From a virus, in the IMG/VR virus record IMGVR_UViG_3300021181_000006, positions 96,001 to 160,000 of that record: a DNA stretch of 64,000 nucleotides. One strand, given 5' to 3'. The notes under the pieces were generated by a model. That model was not told the origin of the DNA and did no database searches. It saw nothing but the letters and a program-made list of their open reading frames with translations. Below, in pieces: positions 8,289 to 16,735 of this stretch; within the stretch, counting starts at the first letter, position 1; every line of letters begins with the position of its first letter. Both the position numbers and the translations under genes were made by a program.

Positions 8289-8365
8289 GCCCGGCTAGCT
8301 CAATTGGCTAGAGCGCTTGCTTTACATGCAAGAGGTTTCAGGATCGTCCCCTGAGCTGGGTACCA
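8289..8365 (+). tRNA. tRNA-Val(UAC), A54/U58 variant
   Basis: gcccggc/gctgggt, loop ttTACat, T-loop atcgtcc, CCA. Confidence 0.9.
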
Positions 8366-8407
8366 TTTTCGGTATAAGATCAGTACACCAAACCAAGGAA
8401 ACATCCC

Positions 8408-8824
8408 ATGAGCGCTGATAATACCGTTGCTGTTTTTTCTACACCAGATGGCAAATCCTATGTCATCGAAGTACAGTGTATTGAGAGTCGGTTCTTACTC
8501 GAAACAGATCAGCTCGATCCTCTCTGGCATGTTGACATGCTGTCGAAGGCCGAGGTCTATACTTCTGAAGATGCGGCAATATGTGCTGCATTCGCACAAG
8601 CTGAGGATCACTATGTTGAGTACGGAGTATGTCGCGTGAAACTACCTCACACTCTCGCAGAATTCATCGAACAGATCGAACCAGTCTATCACAAGCTCCT
8701 GTTAGGAGTGATAGACATCAATGGAACCAAGACTAATACTGCTAAACGTAGGAAGTCGATCTACTTAGAAAACATTCTAAGAAGCTTGACAAGCCTTCAA
8801 GAGCAGTTATTATTGAAATCATGA
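8408..8824 (+). CDS. hypothetical protein
   Basis: aagga SD, 138 aa ORF. Confidence 0.75.
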   Translation: MSADNTVAVFSTPDGKSYVIEVQCIESRFLLETDQLDPLWHVDMLSKAEVYTSEDAAICAAFAQAEDHYVEYGVCRVKLPHTLAEFIEQIEPVYHKLLLGVIDINGTKTNTAKRRKSIYLENILRSLTSLQEQLLLKS

Positions 8825-8903
8825 AATGTATATCGTTCCATCAGACGTATCAAACCACATCAGGTAGTGCCTGAGGTTTCTATACTCTTTTGGTGAGTAC
8901 ATG

Positions 8904-8935
8904 AACCCTGGCCCGCAAAGCCAGGGTTTTCTTTT
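8904..8935 (+). terminator. intrinsic terminator
   Basis: aaccctggc-ccgcaaa-gccagggtt followed by a T-rich tail. Confidence 0.75.
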
Positions 8936-9020
8936 ATATTTTTTATACACGTAAGGTTAAGGCCCGATACTGTCGGGAGATAGCGGCAACGAAGGTTGGG
9001 GTTGGCCGCATGGGGAATCG

Positions 9021-9476
9021 ATGAAAACATCACATGATGAGTTTTATGTACAAATTATAACTGATAAGTACGCTGGGAATTTTGAACGGGAGATGTGCGC
9101 TTTCATTACTGGTCAGTATGGTGATTGTGGAGTTGGAGAAGAAGAGGCTCAGCTCGTACCGAGTCAGATACAGAGCTTATTTGAAGGAGCCATCGATCAT
9201 AAATCAGATGAAAGTGGGTGTGCAAGGCCATGTGAAGTAGACTACGGCGAACATAATGCATTTAAGATATTTTTCTTGAAAACCCCAACTCAACAGATGA
9301 TGGATATCATCTGTGAGCGTGCTGAAAGATTTTGTATGTCACGACAGAGCGCAGAACTTCGTGAAATTCTTGGTTTACCTAGTGTAAAAAGTTGTCCTAC
9401 TGTAATTAAGGCTATTACTATTTTCCATCAAAAAACTATCATTACAACGGTGATGGTGCTTGCCGAATCAGAATAA
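9021..9476 (+). CDS. hypothetical protein
   Basis: 151 aa ORF, YAGNFEREMCAFITG. Confidence 0.75.
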   Translation: MKTSHDEFYVQIITDKYAGNFEREMCAFITGQYGDCGVGEEEAQLVPSQIQSLFEGAIDHKSDESGCARPCEVDYGEHNAFKIFFLKTPTQQMMDIICERAERFCMSRQSAELREILGLPSVKSCPTVIKAITIFHQKTIITTVMVLAESE

Positions 9477-9527
9477 TCAGTTAAATATACTACTTGAAAC
9501 GTATAGTATACCTCATAATATCATTAT

Positions 9528-10007
9528 ATGAAAATATGTACTATATGTAAAATTCCGAAGCTAGAATCGGAGTTTGATTTCACTAATAAAGCGACTGGTA
9601 CTTTGCATTATTATTGCAAAGAATGCCAACGCCCTAGGTCAAGACAATCATATTTAAGGAATAAGCATAAATATAAAGATAGATGGAAAGTACGTAAAGA
9701 TATAAGAATTATGGCAGCTAGACACTTTATTTACGAATATAAAAAAACTCATCCATGTGGATGTGGAGAGTCGGATCCTAGGGTATTAGATTTTGATCAT
9801 GATATACAAAATACAAAAGTACGGCCAATTTCTCAGATGATACAAACCGGTGTAATTATCAAAAGACTCCAGTTAGAAGTAGATAAATGCACAGTAAGAT
9901 GTGCTAATTGTCATAGAAAACGAACATCAGAACAATTAAACCATTATGCATGGTTGAAAAGTTCTGAGTATATACAGTTTGCATCTAGACTTAATGAGGA
10001 ATCTTAA
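9528..10007 (+). CDS. free-standing HNH endonuclease
   Basis: N-terminal CxxC...CxxC; CGCGESDPRVLDFDH...VRCANCHRKRT. Confidence 0.85.
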   Translation: MKICTICKIPKLESEFDFTNKATGTLHYYCKECQRPRSRQSYLRNKHKYKDRWKVRKDIRIMAARHFIYEYKKTHPCGCGESDPRVLDFDHDIQNTKVRPISQMIQTGVIIKRLQLEVDKCTVRCANCHRKRTSEQLNHYAWLKSSEYIQFASRLNEES

Positions 10008-10023
10008 TAATATAGTGAGATAT

Positions 10024-10098
10024 AGCGGGATAATTCAGTGGAAGAAAGCGATCCTCATAAGTTCGCAGTCGCTGGTTCGATCCCAGCTCCCGCAACCA
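10024..10098 (+). tRNA. tRNA with CAU anticodon (Met/fMet-like)
   Basis: agcggga/tcccgca with 1-72 mismatch, loop ctCATaa, A73, CCA; lacks the GGG/CCC of initiator anticodon stems. Confidence 0.85.
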
Positions 10099-10109
10099 CT
10101 TATGGCGAT

Positions 10110-10242
10110 GGCGACGGTGATGGAATAGGCAAACATAATCTGGTGAAACGCACAGTTGCCTGGTCTTAGTACACTAGGAGGCGTGATCCAGATGAGGATG
10201 GTACTCATCTCCTGTCAGTTCGAGTCTGACCTGTCGCCTCCA
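10110..10242 (+). ncRNA. tRNA-like RNA, 8-bp acceptor/5-bp T stem, expanded anticodon arm
   Basis: ggcgacgg/ctgtcgcc, Leu-type D arm, atctgg/ccagat enclosing 44 nt, gtcag-ttcgagt-ctgac, U73, CCA. Confidence 0.7.
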
Positions 10243-10255
10243 ATTCAGTTCGTCC

Positions 10256-10324
10256 TGTGCATTAGCTCAGCGTAGAGCACTCGCCTCGTAAGCGATAGGT
10301 CGCAGTGTGATACTGCATGTACTT
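10256..10324 (+). pseudogene. degenerate tRNA-Thr(CGU)
   Basis: good D and anticodon arms (loop ctCGTaa), T-loop reduced to gtgat, no CCA. Confidence 0.6.
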
Positions 10325-10328
10325 TTAT

Positions 10329-10401
10329 GGTTTGGTATATCAGTTGGTAGATTACTCGTTTGAAAAGCGAGAGGGCGGCAGTTCGAGTCTGTCCCAAACC
10401 A
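10329..10401 (+). tRNA. tRNA-Phe(GAA), no encoded CCA
   Basis: ggtttgg/ccaaacc, loop ttGAAaa, ttcgagt. Confidence 0.9.
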
Positions 10402-10436
10402 TTCCTTTTTCTTATTAACGCATTACTAAGGTTTAT

Positions 10437-10769
10437 ATGCAAGTTATAGGTAAGCTGTTGTTCGCATTAGGCAGTATCGACTTCAAAGAAGAAGAGATTA
10501 TTGCTATAGTTAAGTTGGTTCCAGCCAATACCAAAGTATTTATTCATGCTTCAGCCTGTCCAACGCCTGTCTTTAAAGAAGAGACAAAGAAGCGTTTCGG
10601 CAATAACATGATGCTCTCATTGGCTCGTGCTGTGAATGTCACAGACAGACTTATTGCCAATGGTTTAGTCGAAACTCAGATTGTACATGTGCTAGCCGTT
10701 GGAGCTCAGCCGTGTACTCCTGAGCAGTATGAGCAGGCAAGGTCGGTTACGGTGCGTATCCACGATTAA
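10437..10769 (+). CDS. hypothetical protein
   Basis: taagg SD, 110 aa. Confidence 0.7.
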   Translation: MQVIGKLLFALGSIDFKEEEIIAIVKLVPANTKVFIHASACPTPVFKEETKKRFGNNMMLSLARAVNVTDRLIANGLVETQIVHVLAVGAQPCTPEQYEQARSVTVRIHD

Positions 10770-10772
10770 TCG

Positions 10773-10852
10773 GGGCCTGAGGTATGATTGTGGTAGAGTC
10801 ACTCAGCTTATATCTGAGCATCAAGCAGGTTCGACTCCTGCCAGGCCTACCA
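10773..10852 (+). tRNA. tRNA-Ile(UAU)
   Basis: gggcctg/caggcct, ctcag-ctTATat-ctgag, ttcgact, A73, CCA; atypical D region. Confidence 0.8.
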
Positions 10853-10984
10853 TCTATTTATTAGTCCCATCCATATTCTGATAGCCCAATGTAGAGGCTG
10901 TACGCGACCCTTTGAAGTTAGCCTGCAAGTTCTTGGTAGATAATCCAAGTCATGCGAGTACGGGTGGGGCATTTATTATTTCAT

Positions 10985-11059
10985 TCTCCTGTAGTTTAAC
11001 TGATAAAACTAGCGGCTTTGGACCGCTCATTGGTCGTTTGAATCGGCCCGGGAGAACCA
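10985..11059 (+). tRNA. tRNA-Gln(UUG), A19/U56 variant
   Basis: tctcctg/cgggaga, loop ctTTGga, D-loop aactgata, T-loop tttgaat, CCA. Confidence 0.85.
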
Positions 11060-11066
11060 GTTTCAT

Positions 11067-11141
11067 GTCCTGTGTAGCTCAATGGGAGAGCGTAGCTCTG
11101 TGGCAGCTAAGACTTGGGTTCAATTCCCAGCATGGGAACCA
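11067..11141 (+). tRNA. tRNA-His(GUG), G-1 opposite A73
   Basis: g-tcctgtg/catggga-a-cca, loop ctGTGgc. Confidence 0.9.
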
Positions 11142-11182
11142 TTTATGTGGTAAAACAACATTACGAAAGGTTTCATTTACTT

Positions 11183-11527
11183 ATGGCTAAGAATTCCATC
11201 ACCTCATTACGCGTCACCTTGGAAAACGGAATCTGGGCGTTTACAGACCCGAATACCGATTTGGTACGCGAAGCATTTGTTGCCGGTGCAGATTCGCTCT
11301 GCGAGGCTCTGGCTGCCAGCGTTGGCAGTGATAACGCAGTGACCATCCTCTTCTCGGCAGGTAAGTTTCCTGACTACCAAGTCAGACTCGACTGGCTTCG
11401 TCCTGAGATGAGTGGCAACCTGTATACCGTGAAGTCGATGGGTAATCATCATGTCTGGCTCTGCCCAGCATTACTCAAGTATTTTGCACGTGCTCCGAGG
11501 CGCATCTACGTGCAGGCAAAACCATAA
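11183..11527 (+). CDS. conserved hypothetical protein (DUF6717-like)
   Basis: WAFTD...REAFVAGAD...WLCPALLKYF..AP..IYVQ. Confidence 0.65.
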   Translation: MAKNSITSLRVTLENGIWAFTDPNTDLVREAFVAGADSLCEALAASVGSDNAVTILFSAGKFPDYQVRLDWLRPEMSGNLYTVKSMGNHHVWLCPALLKYFARAPRRIYVQAKP

Positions 11528-11538
11528 CATTTTAGCGT

Positions 11539-11627
11539 GGGAAGTGCAAATAAGGTAGGACGGTCCTACGGTTGACTGTAGATCAACTCTCTGAGAGCAT
11601 TCGGTTCAACTCCGCCGCTTCCCACCA
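11539..11627 (+). tRNA. tRNA-Tyr(GUA), non-canonical D arm and weak T stem
   Basis: gggaagt/gcttccc, gttga-ctGTAga-tcaac, long variable arm, A73, CCA. Confidence 0.75.
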
Positions 11628-11642
11628 TCTTATAAGGATAGC

Positions 11643-12032
11643 ATGTCATCATTCATTAAAATCGGCTCATGTCGATATTTAGTTATTTTTCATTATCCAG
11701 CTATTAGTAACGATGTTGAGCCTACCTTCTCTGTCCCAGTCTATGACAGTCATTCAGAAAAATTAATCATAGATGCCGCTCAGGACCATTTCCGACATCA
11801 GAGACTCTTTAAAGTTAATCTTGATACCGAATCTCATTACCTCAATATGTCACATGTTGAGAGGATATCGACACAAACACAATATTGGGTTCCTGTTGAG
11901 CTTGATCCAAAATATGTGACTTTTCATCGTTTACGCTGGCAAGTTATTGGATCCTATAGATCTATCACCGAGTATCTGAAGCCTATCGAAGAAGAAGTCT
12001 TTAAATACAATGAACTTGGATTATCTCAATGA
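11643..12032 (+). CDS. hypothetical protein
   Basis: aagga SD; loosely similar to the next ORF. Confidence 0.7.
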   Translation: MSSFIKIGSCRYLVIFHYPAISNDVEPTFSVPVYDSHSEKLIIDAAQDHFRHQRLFKVNLDTESHYLNMSHVERISTQTQYWVPVELDPKYVTFHRLRWQVIGSYRSITEYLKPIEEEVFKYNELGLSQ

Positions 12033-12493
12033 CCAGTAAATATATCGTCGAAGGCATTCCATGTCTGACGCTCAGATACACATTAAATATTACTGAAAAA
12101 CAGGATAATATCGGCAGCGGACCATCAATAGCCATATCTCTGAGCGATAAAAAAGAAATCAAGGCAAAAGCTGATTGTATTATCGCTGCTATTGATACAG
12201 AACTAAAGATGGTTCAAATTATTGATGATCTTTGGCTTGATCCATTCTGTATTAAAATGATACGTATTACCGAAGAAATCTGGTTGCCGCAGGAACAGGT
12301 TTCCTATTGGGACTTTAACCGAGGTTATTGGTTTTCTAAGATGAGTCACAGTGTTAATGAGGATATTCTCGATGCAGAGTACACCAAATGGCAGTTATTA
12401 TCTGCTGAAAACGATAGCTCTGATAAAAAAATCGGTCTGATGGGAACAGACCAAGCTGCTGGTACACGTTTCGCAGGAACATTACGCGTATGA
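12029..12493 (+). CDS. hypothetical protein
   Basis: ATGA coupled. Confidence 0.7.
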   Translation: MTSKYIVEGIPCLTLRYTLNITEKQDNIGSGPSIAISLSDKKEIKAKADCIIAAIDTELKMVQIIDDLWLDPFCIKMIRITEEIWLPQEQVSYWDFNRGYWFSKMSHSVNEDILDAEYTKWQLLSAENDSSDKKIGLMGTDQAAGTRFAGTLRV

Positions 12494-13026
12494 AAATCTT
12501 ACTCGATATGGATGGAGTCCTTGCTGACTTCGAAAACAAAGTATATGATCTCTTTGGCCATCCAAGAGAAAAATTTGATGGTAATAATATGTGTGATATT
12601 GCTCAGTCCTGCGGTGTGAGCAATGAAGCATTCGATACGGCTATGGCAGTAGAAGGATTCTTTTTGAGTATCGAACCGTTGCCGTGGTGCTTCAATCTCG
12701 TAGAGATTTGCGAGAAGCGTGTTGGTCCAGAAAACGTAGCTATCCTGACCAAGCCTTTTAGTGGACAATGTGCTAAAGAGAAGGTCGAATGGGTAGCAAA
12801 GTATCTCCCAAGTTACGCGAAGCGATTACTGATTGGTAAGGCTAAGCATTTCTGTGCCTCACCTGAATCAATCCTGATTGATGATACCTGGAAGAATCTT
12901 GAATCATTCTTGGAACATGGCGGTCAAGCTATTCTTTTCCCAAACCTCTATAATATCCATAGGACCTATTTAACGGATCCTATAAAATTTGTAGAAAGAT
13001 CACTTGATACGCTTATGGCTGGATGA
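12490..13026 (+). CDS. HAD-superfamily 5'(3')-deoxyribonucleotidase (NT5C-like)
   Basis: ILLDMDGVLADF...ILTKP...EKVEWV...ILIDD. Confidence 0.88.
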   Translation: MKILLDMDGVLADFENKVYDLFGHPREKFDGNNMCDIAQSCGVSNEAFDTAMAVEGFFLSIEPLPWCFNLVEICEKRVGPENVAILTKPFSGQCAKEKVEWVAKYLPSYAKRLLIGKAKHFCASPESILIDDTWKNLESFLEHGGQAILFPNLYNIHRTYLTDPIKFVERSLDTLMAG

Positions 13027-13357
13027 CAAACGACCAATGCCATGGAATTATAACTATTGGGCGAAGACATCTTCTGATGCGATAAGTGTTATCGCCGGTG
13101 GTCAAGTGGAGGCAATATCACTTGACCACGATCTTGGAGACAAGACGATAACTGGTGATGGCTATGAGGTTGCCAGTTATATCGAAAAGTGTGCCTTTCT
13201 TGAATTGATTCCACGCATACAATGGATATGTCATAGCGCTAATCCAGTTGGCGTACAACGTATGGTTGCAGCACTGAAGAATGCTGATACATTTTGGAGC
13301 GAACATGAACGAAAAAACGGTCTTTGTCTTGTGGTTAAAAATAGCCCAGCTTCCTGA
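13004..13357 (+). CDS. cyclic-phosphate-processing receiver-like domain protein
   Basis: LWLDDKRP...ISLDHDLG...GY.V..YIE...HSANPVGVQRM. Confidence 0.75.
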   Translation: MIRLWLDDKRPMPWNYNYWAKTSSDAISVIAGGQVEAISLDHDLGDKTITGDGYEVASYIEKCAFLELIPRIQWICHSANPVGVQRMVAALKNADTFWSEHERKNGLCLVVKNSPAS

Positions 13358-13628
13358 TGCTCATCCCTATGCCGTATTCTCTATGGCACCGGATATCGAT
13401 GAAGTGCGGATAGCCTTCGAAGCCGTATGCCTGCAGATTACTGACGCTGAATCAGCTCAGTATAATGCAGAGCATATGGGCTTCGATGGTTTTCCAACTA
13501 TCCCTGAGCTCAATGCATTTGATATCGATCAGGCTATTTTCTTTGCTAATCAAGAGCAGACGTTTATTGTTGGGTTCGGTAAATTCAAAGAAGATGACCT
13601 ACCAGAAGAGATACCAGATAGCCAGTGA
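13281..13628 (+). CDS. acidic hypothetical protein
   Basis: ORF; true start probably MNEKTV. Confidence 0.65.
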   Translation: MLIHFGANMNEKTVFVLWLKIAQLPDAHPYAVFSMAPDIDEVRIAFEAVCLQITDAESAQYNAEHMGFDGFPTIPELNAFDIDQAIFFANQEQTFIVGFGKFKEDDLPEEIPDSQ

Positions 13629-14002
13629 GTATTACCGGTCAAGCTCAGAATAAAGTCTGGGCGCATGCACTCCTCAAACGAGGAGGATCTATTTGGATCG
13701 TTGGCGATATCCTCCGTGATATGGTCGATGAATGTCAAAGTTTCTTGTTGAAGAAAGAGATGAATATCGATCAGGTCACGCCGAGTGCTCATTTCTATTT
13801 TTTAGGTAATGATCACGGTGTGGTCTATATCATGGTACAAGATGCTGATAATATCATTATCTCTTATTCAGACTTTAGTGACAACGCAACCCTGGAGACA
13901 GAAATCTCAGTAAGTTTTACGCTACTAGAGAGATCTGCAGTGTGTGGTGAGATGTTGTTGAGGTCGCCAGAGGTAATAATAGGATCGATATCGGTAGGAT
14001 AG
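13625..14002 (+). CDS. hypothetical protein
   Basis: GTGA coupled. Confidence 0.65.
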   Translation: MSITGQAQNKVWAHALLKRGGSIWIVGDILRDMVDECQSFLLKKEMNIDQVTPSAHFYFLGNDHGVVYIMVQDADNIIISYSDFSDNATLETEISVSFTLLERSAVCGEMLLRSPEVIIGSISVG

Positions 14003-14006
14003 AATC

Positions 14007-14393
14007 ATGTCTGATGCTATATGTTTAGAATGTTCTGAATCATTTACTTACAGTGGCTCAGTTAAATATAAATATTGTTCCAATAAATGTCAGCAGTGGT
14101 TCCAAACTAAGAAAAAAATAGAGTCTGGCAATTATACTGCTCCAATGGCTAAGAGATATCTTTTAAAGATACGAGGCATTAAATGTGAAATATGTGGAAT
14201 AACTGAATGGTGCGGACAGCCAGTACCACTAGTATTAGATCATATCAATGGTAATTCTGATAATAATGCATTAGATAATTTAAGATTAGTATGTGGGAAC
14301 TGTGATATGCAATTACCGACATATAAAAGTAAAAATCGTGGCAATGGTCGTCATTCTAGGCGTATACGTTATGAGGCAGGCCAGTCATATTAA
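14007..14393 (+). CDS. free-standing HNH endonuclease
   Basis: CEICG...LVLDHINGNSDNNALDNLRLVCGNCD. Confidence 0.9.
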   Translation: MSDAICLECSESFTYSGSVKYKYCSNKCQQWFQTKKKIESGNYTAPMAKRYLLKIRGIKCEICGITEWCGQPVPLVLDHINGNSDNNALDNLRLVCGNCDMQLPTYKSKNRGNGRHSRRIRYEAGQSY

Positions 14394-14396
14394 CAT

Positions 14397-14472
14397 GCCC
14401 CTAAAGACTTAGATAGCGAAGTTTCGCACTTGTAATGCGAGGAGGTCCGTGCAAGTCGGGCTGGGGGCACCA
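14397..14472 (+). tRNA. tRNA-Thr(UGU), A18/G55 variant
   Basis: gccccta/tgggggc, tcgca-ctTGTaa-tgcga, T-loop tgcaagt, CCA. Confidence 0.88.
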
Positions 14473-14491
14473 TTTATAAATAAGAAGTTCT

Positions 14492-14980
14492 ATGTTACTC
14501 GATGATATTAAAGACTGGTTTAAAGACCGGTATGCACTGCATCATATGATGCGGATTAATGTAGATGAAACATTCCATATTGGTAAGAAACAAATATTGA
14601 CGGTACGTATTACCTATCAGTGGCCTTTATTCGTAGATGAGCATAAGCAATCGGACCATCAATTCATAATACATATGACGCAAAAAGACTGGCATCATCG
14701 TGTTGCGGAGTATGTGTCAGGGATCAAACTGGATCTCATCAACGGAAAACTAGCTATCTACGATCCAAACGGTCATATTCGTTTATCTGGAACTACTGCG
14801 AACAAAATATTTTATTCGCATCAGCAGCCATTAATCTACCAACAACTTGGATGGCAATATTATAAGTTTAGAAATATGCATCGCCTCTGCACACTTGCGC
14901 CAGAAAAGATAGAGTATAAACTCCGTCTCATGCAGATGACTGCTTGGAATCCAGAACCTATCGAGATCTGTTTACACTGA
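14492..14980 (+). CDS. hypothetical protein
   Basis: 162 aa ORF. Confidence 0.7.
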   Translation: MLLDDIKDWFKDRYALHHMMRINVDETFHIGKKQILTVRITYQWPLFVDEHKQSDHQFIIHMTQKDWHHRVAEYVSGIKLDLINGKLAIYDPNGHIRLSGTTANKIFYSHQQPLIYQQLGWQYYKFRNMHRLCTLAPEKIEYKLRLMQMTAWNPEPIEICLH

Positions 14981-15246
14981 ATTTTCGGTATAAGAATCAT
15001 AGAGATCTACTATCTCTCATCTATAAAAAGGCATACATGTTAGCTGATACCATTTTGAGTGAACAAGAGTTTGCTCAACTCCGTAAACTCCTCCGTAAGA
15101 TGGACATCCCAGACCATCGCAGAGGCAATCTCGAAATTCAGGGAGCGCGATGGTTGTATAAACATCTTGCGCTCATGAATGCGAATAAGCCGGAATATCC
15201 TCAGGTCATGGCGTTATTAAAACGTATATCTCTCATAGATGATTGA
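14944..15246 (+). CDS. hypothetical protein
   Basis: 100 aa ORF followed by a hairpin. Confidence 0.6.
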   Translation: MESRTYRDLFTLNFRYKNHRDLLSLIYKKAYMLADTILSEQEFAQLRKLLRKMDIPDHRRGNLEIQGARWLYKHLALMNANKPEYPQVMALLKRISLIDD

Positions 15247-15316
15247 AAGTTCCGCTTTCAATCATCTATGACCCATAAACTGTTTTAACAACCCATACAG
15301 GGGAGAGGACTATATC

Positions 15317-15847
15317 GTGTTAAACGAATTAATCGTCTACTCTGATGGTGGGTATCATGAAGAGATCATCTTGACTGATAGTACTGAGCGCTTCTTGAAA
15401 AAGACGCGTGGATACTATTATTCTGACATTTATGAAATCTATATGACGTGTGCGCGCATCAAGCGTGACATGGTTGTAGACTTCATAAAACGATGCAAGG
15501 AACATGAGTTTCCCGTCTCTACCCCCCAGAGAAGATTCTTGCAGATTTACTACATTGGCGGTTACCCAGAATATGTTGAGAAAATAGGTCATCCAGGTGA
15601 GTACGAACTTCTTGATATGACAGATATCAATGACGAACTCAGAGACCTGGAGAATAAACTGGCCAATATGGGAATCAAGCACACCTACGTTTCCATGATT
15701 CGGAAAATGAATGGCATTGAAGAAATATGGAATCACAAGTTCCAAGATGAGCGATCTGAAGCAGCTAAGATGTCGAAAGAAGAACTCCAGTACCAACAAC
15801 AACAGTTGCGAGTTTGGAGAAGTGTGGTAAACCAATACAGAAGATAA
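15317..15847 (+). CDS. hypothetical protein
   Basis: GGAGAGGA SD, GTG start. Confidence 0.75.
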   Translation: MLNELIVYSDGGYHEEIILTDSTERFLKKTRGYYYSDIYEIYMTCARIKRDMVVDFIKRCKEHEFPVSTPQRRFLQIYYIGGYPEYVEKIGHPGEYELLDMTDINDELRDLENKLANMGIKHTYVSMIRKMNGIEEIWNHKFQDERSEAAKMSKEELQYQQQQLRVWRSVVNQYRR

Positions 15848-15869
15848 CCGATGAAAATCGGTTATCTTT
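15841..15869 (+). terminator. hairpin/terminator
   Basis: aagataaccgat-gaaa-atcggttatctt. Confidence 0.6.
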
Positions 15870-15932
15870 AGATAAAAGTAATATCTTTATAAAACATGGC
15901 TTTGTGGGGGAATAGGCAGACCCGTCAGACTT

Positions 15933-16679
15933 CGTGCTTGACATGAGCGGCAGACTCATATCATGAAAGATATGAGTCAACTTACTTGTGCCAAGTGTGG
16001 TCAACCTAGGGATAAAGGACGTAGGATATGCCGAAGCTGTTATCTTTCTGAAAAGAAAATAACAGCCAAAGCACGTCATGCAGTCCAGGGTAGATATATG
16101 TATCACTTAGTGTGTAAGGCTTGTAATGCCAAATACACTGTAGCGAGAAAAAGCTCTCAGTTTTGTCCTGTGTGTAGAGATTTAAGGAATGTTAAACCGA
16201 TTCATATTAATGAATATGTTTATAATTCTGAAATGAGTAAAAAAACAGGTCATACTTGGGAGCATAGATGTATAGCTGAATCAGTAGTTGGAAGAAAGCT
16301 TCATACCAATGAAGTAGTCCATCATATGGATCATAATCCTAAAAATAATCAGCTAGAAAATCTCCTCGTCATATCAAGAGTGATGCATATAAAACTACAT
16401 CGTTATCTAGATGATCATAGAGTCATTATGGAGCAATCCATACATGAGAATTTCGAGAATTGCTGGAATAGCCTCATAACTCCTATAACTACAGCATGGT
16501 TGGAAACAACGGGTGCGAAAGTCATAAAAATATGGGAGATTGGCCAATCAGCAGCCGAGCCTCAAACTATACGAGTAGATGAGGAAGGTTCAGAGACTAT
16601 GCACGAAACATCCCACGTGGATGAAGATATAGTCCAGACTACAACAGCCGTGCTGGCTAGCGAAAGCTAGAGTAGTAAG
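15933..16679 (+). mobile_element. group I intron in tRNA-Leu(UAA), after U34
   Basis: 5' exon ends in U, intron ends in G; P aattgctggaa, Q caatcagcagcc, R tcagagacta, S aagatatagtcc. Confidence 0.92.
15963..16670 (+). CDS. intron-encoded HNH homing endonuclease
   Basis: CxxC motifs; EHR.IAE..VGR.L...EVVHHMDHNPKNNQLENL; C-terminus reads through the intron core. Confidence 0.88.
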   Translation: MKDMSQLTCAKCGQPRDKGRRICRSCYLSEKKITAKARHAVQGRYMYHLVCKACNAKYTVARKSSQFCPVCRDLRNVKPIHINEYVYNSEMSKKTGHTWEHRCIAESVVGRKLHTNEVVHHMDHNPKNNQLENLLVISRVMHIKLHRYLDDHRVIMEQSIHENFENCWNSLITPITTAWLETTGAKVIKIWEIGQSAAEPQTIRVDEEGSETMHETSHVDEDIVQTTTAVLASES

Positions 16680-16735
16680 AAAATCTGATGTCCGCAAGGA
16701 CGTGTCGGTTCGAGTCCGACCAGAGCTACCAATAA

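Larger units (their letters stand above)
15898..16731 (+). tRNA. tRNA-Leu(UAA), split by a group I intron (exons 15898-15932 and 16680-16731)
   Basis: joined exons give ggctttg/cagagct, tcaga-ctTAAaa-tctga, long variable arm, A73, CCA. Confidence 0.92.

Noticed and set aside
10878-10968. Possible further tRNA-like element between tRNA-Ile(UAU) and tRNA-Gln
   Set aside because: Contains a ctttgaa loop and a cttgg/ccaag hairpin but no consistent acceptor or T arm and no CCA.
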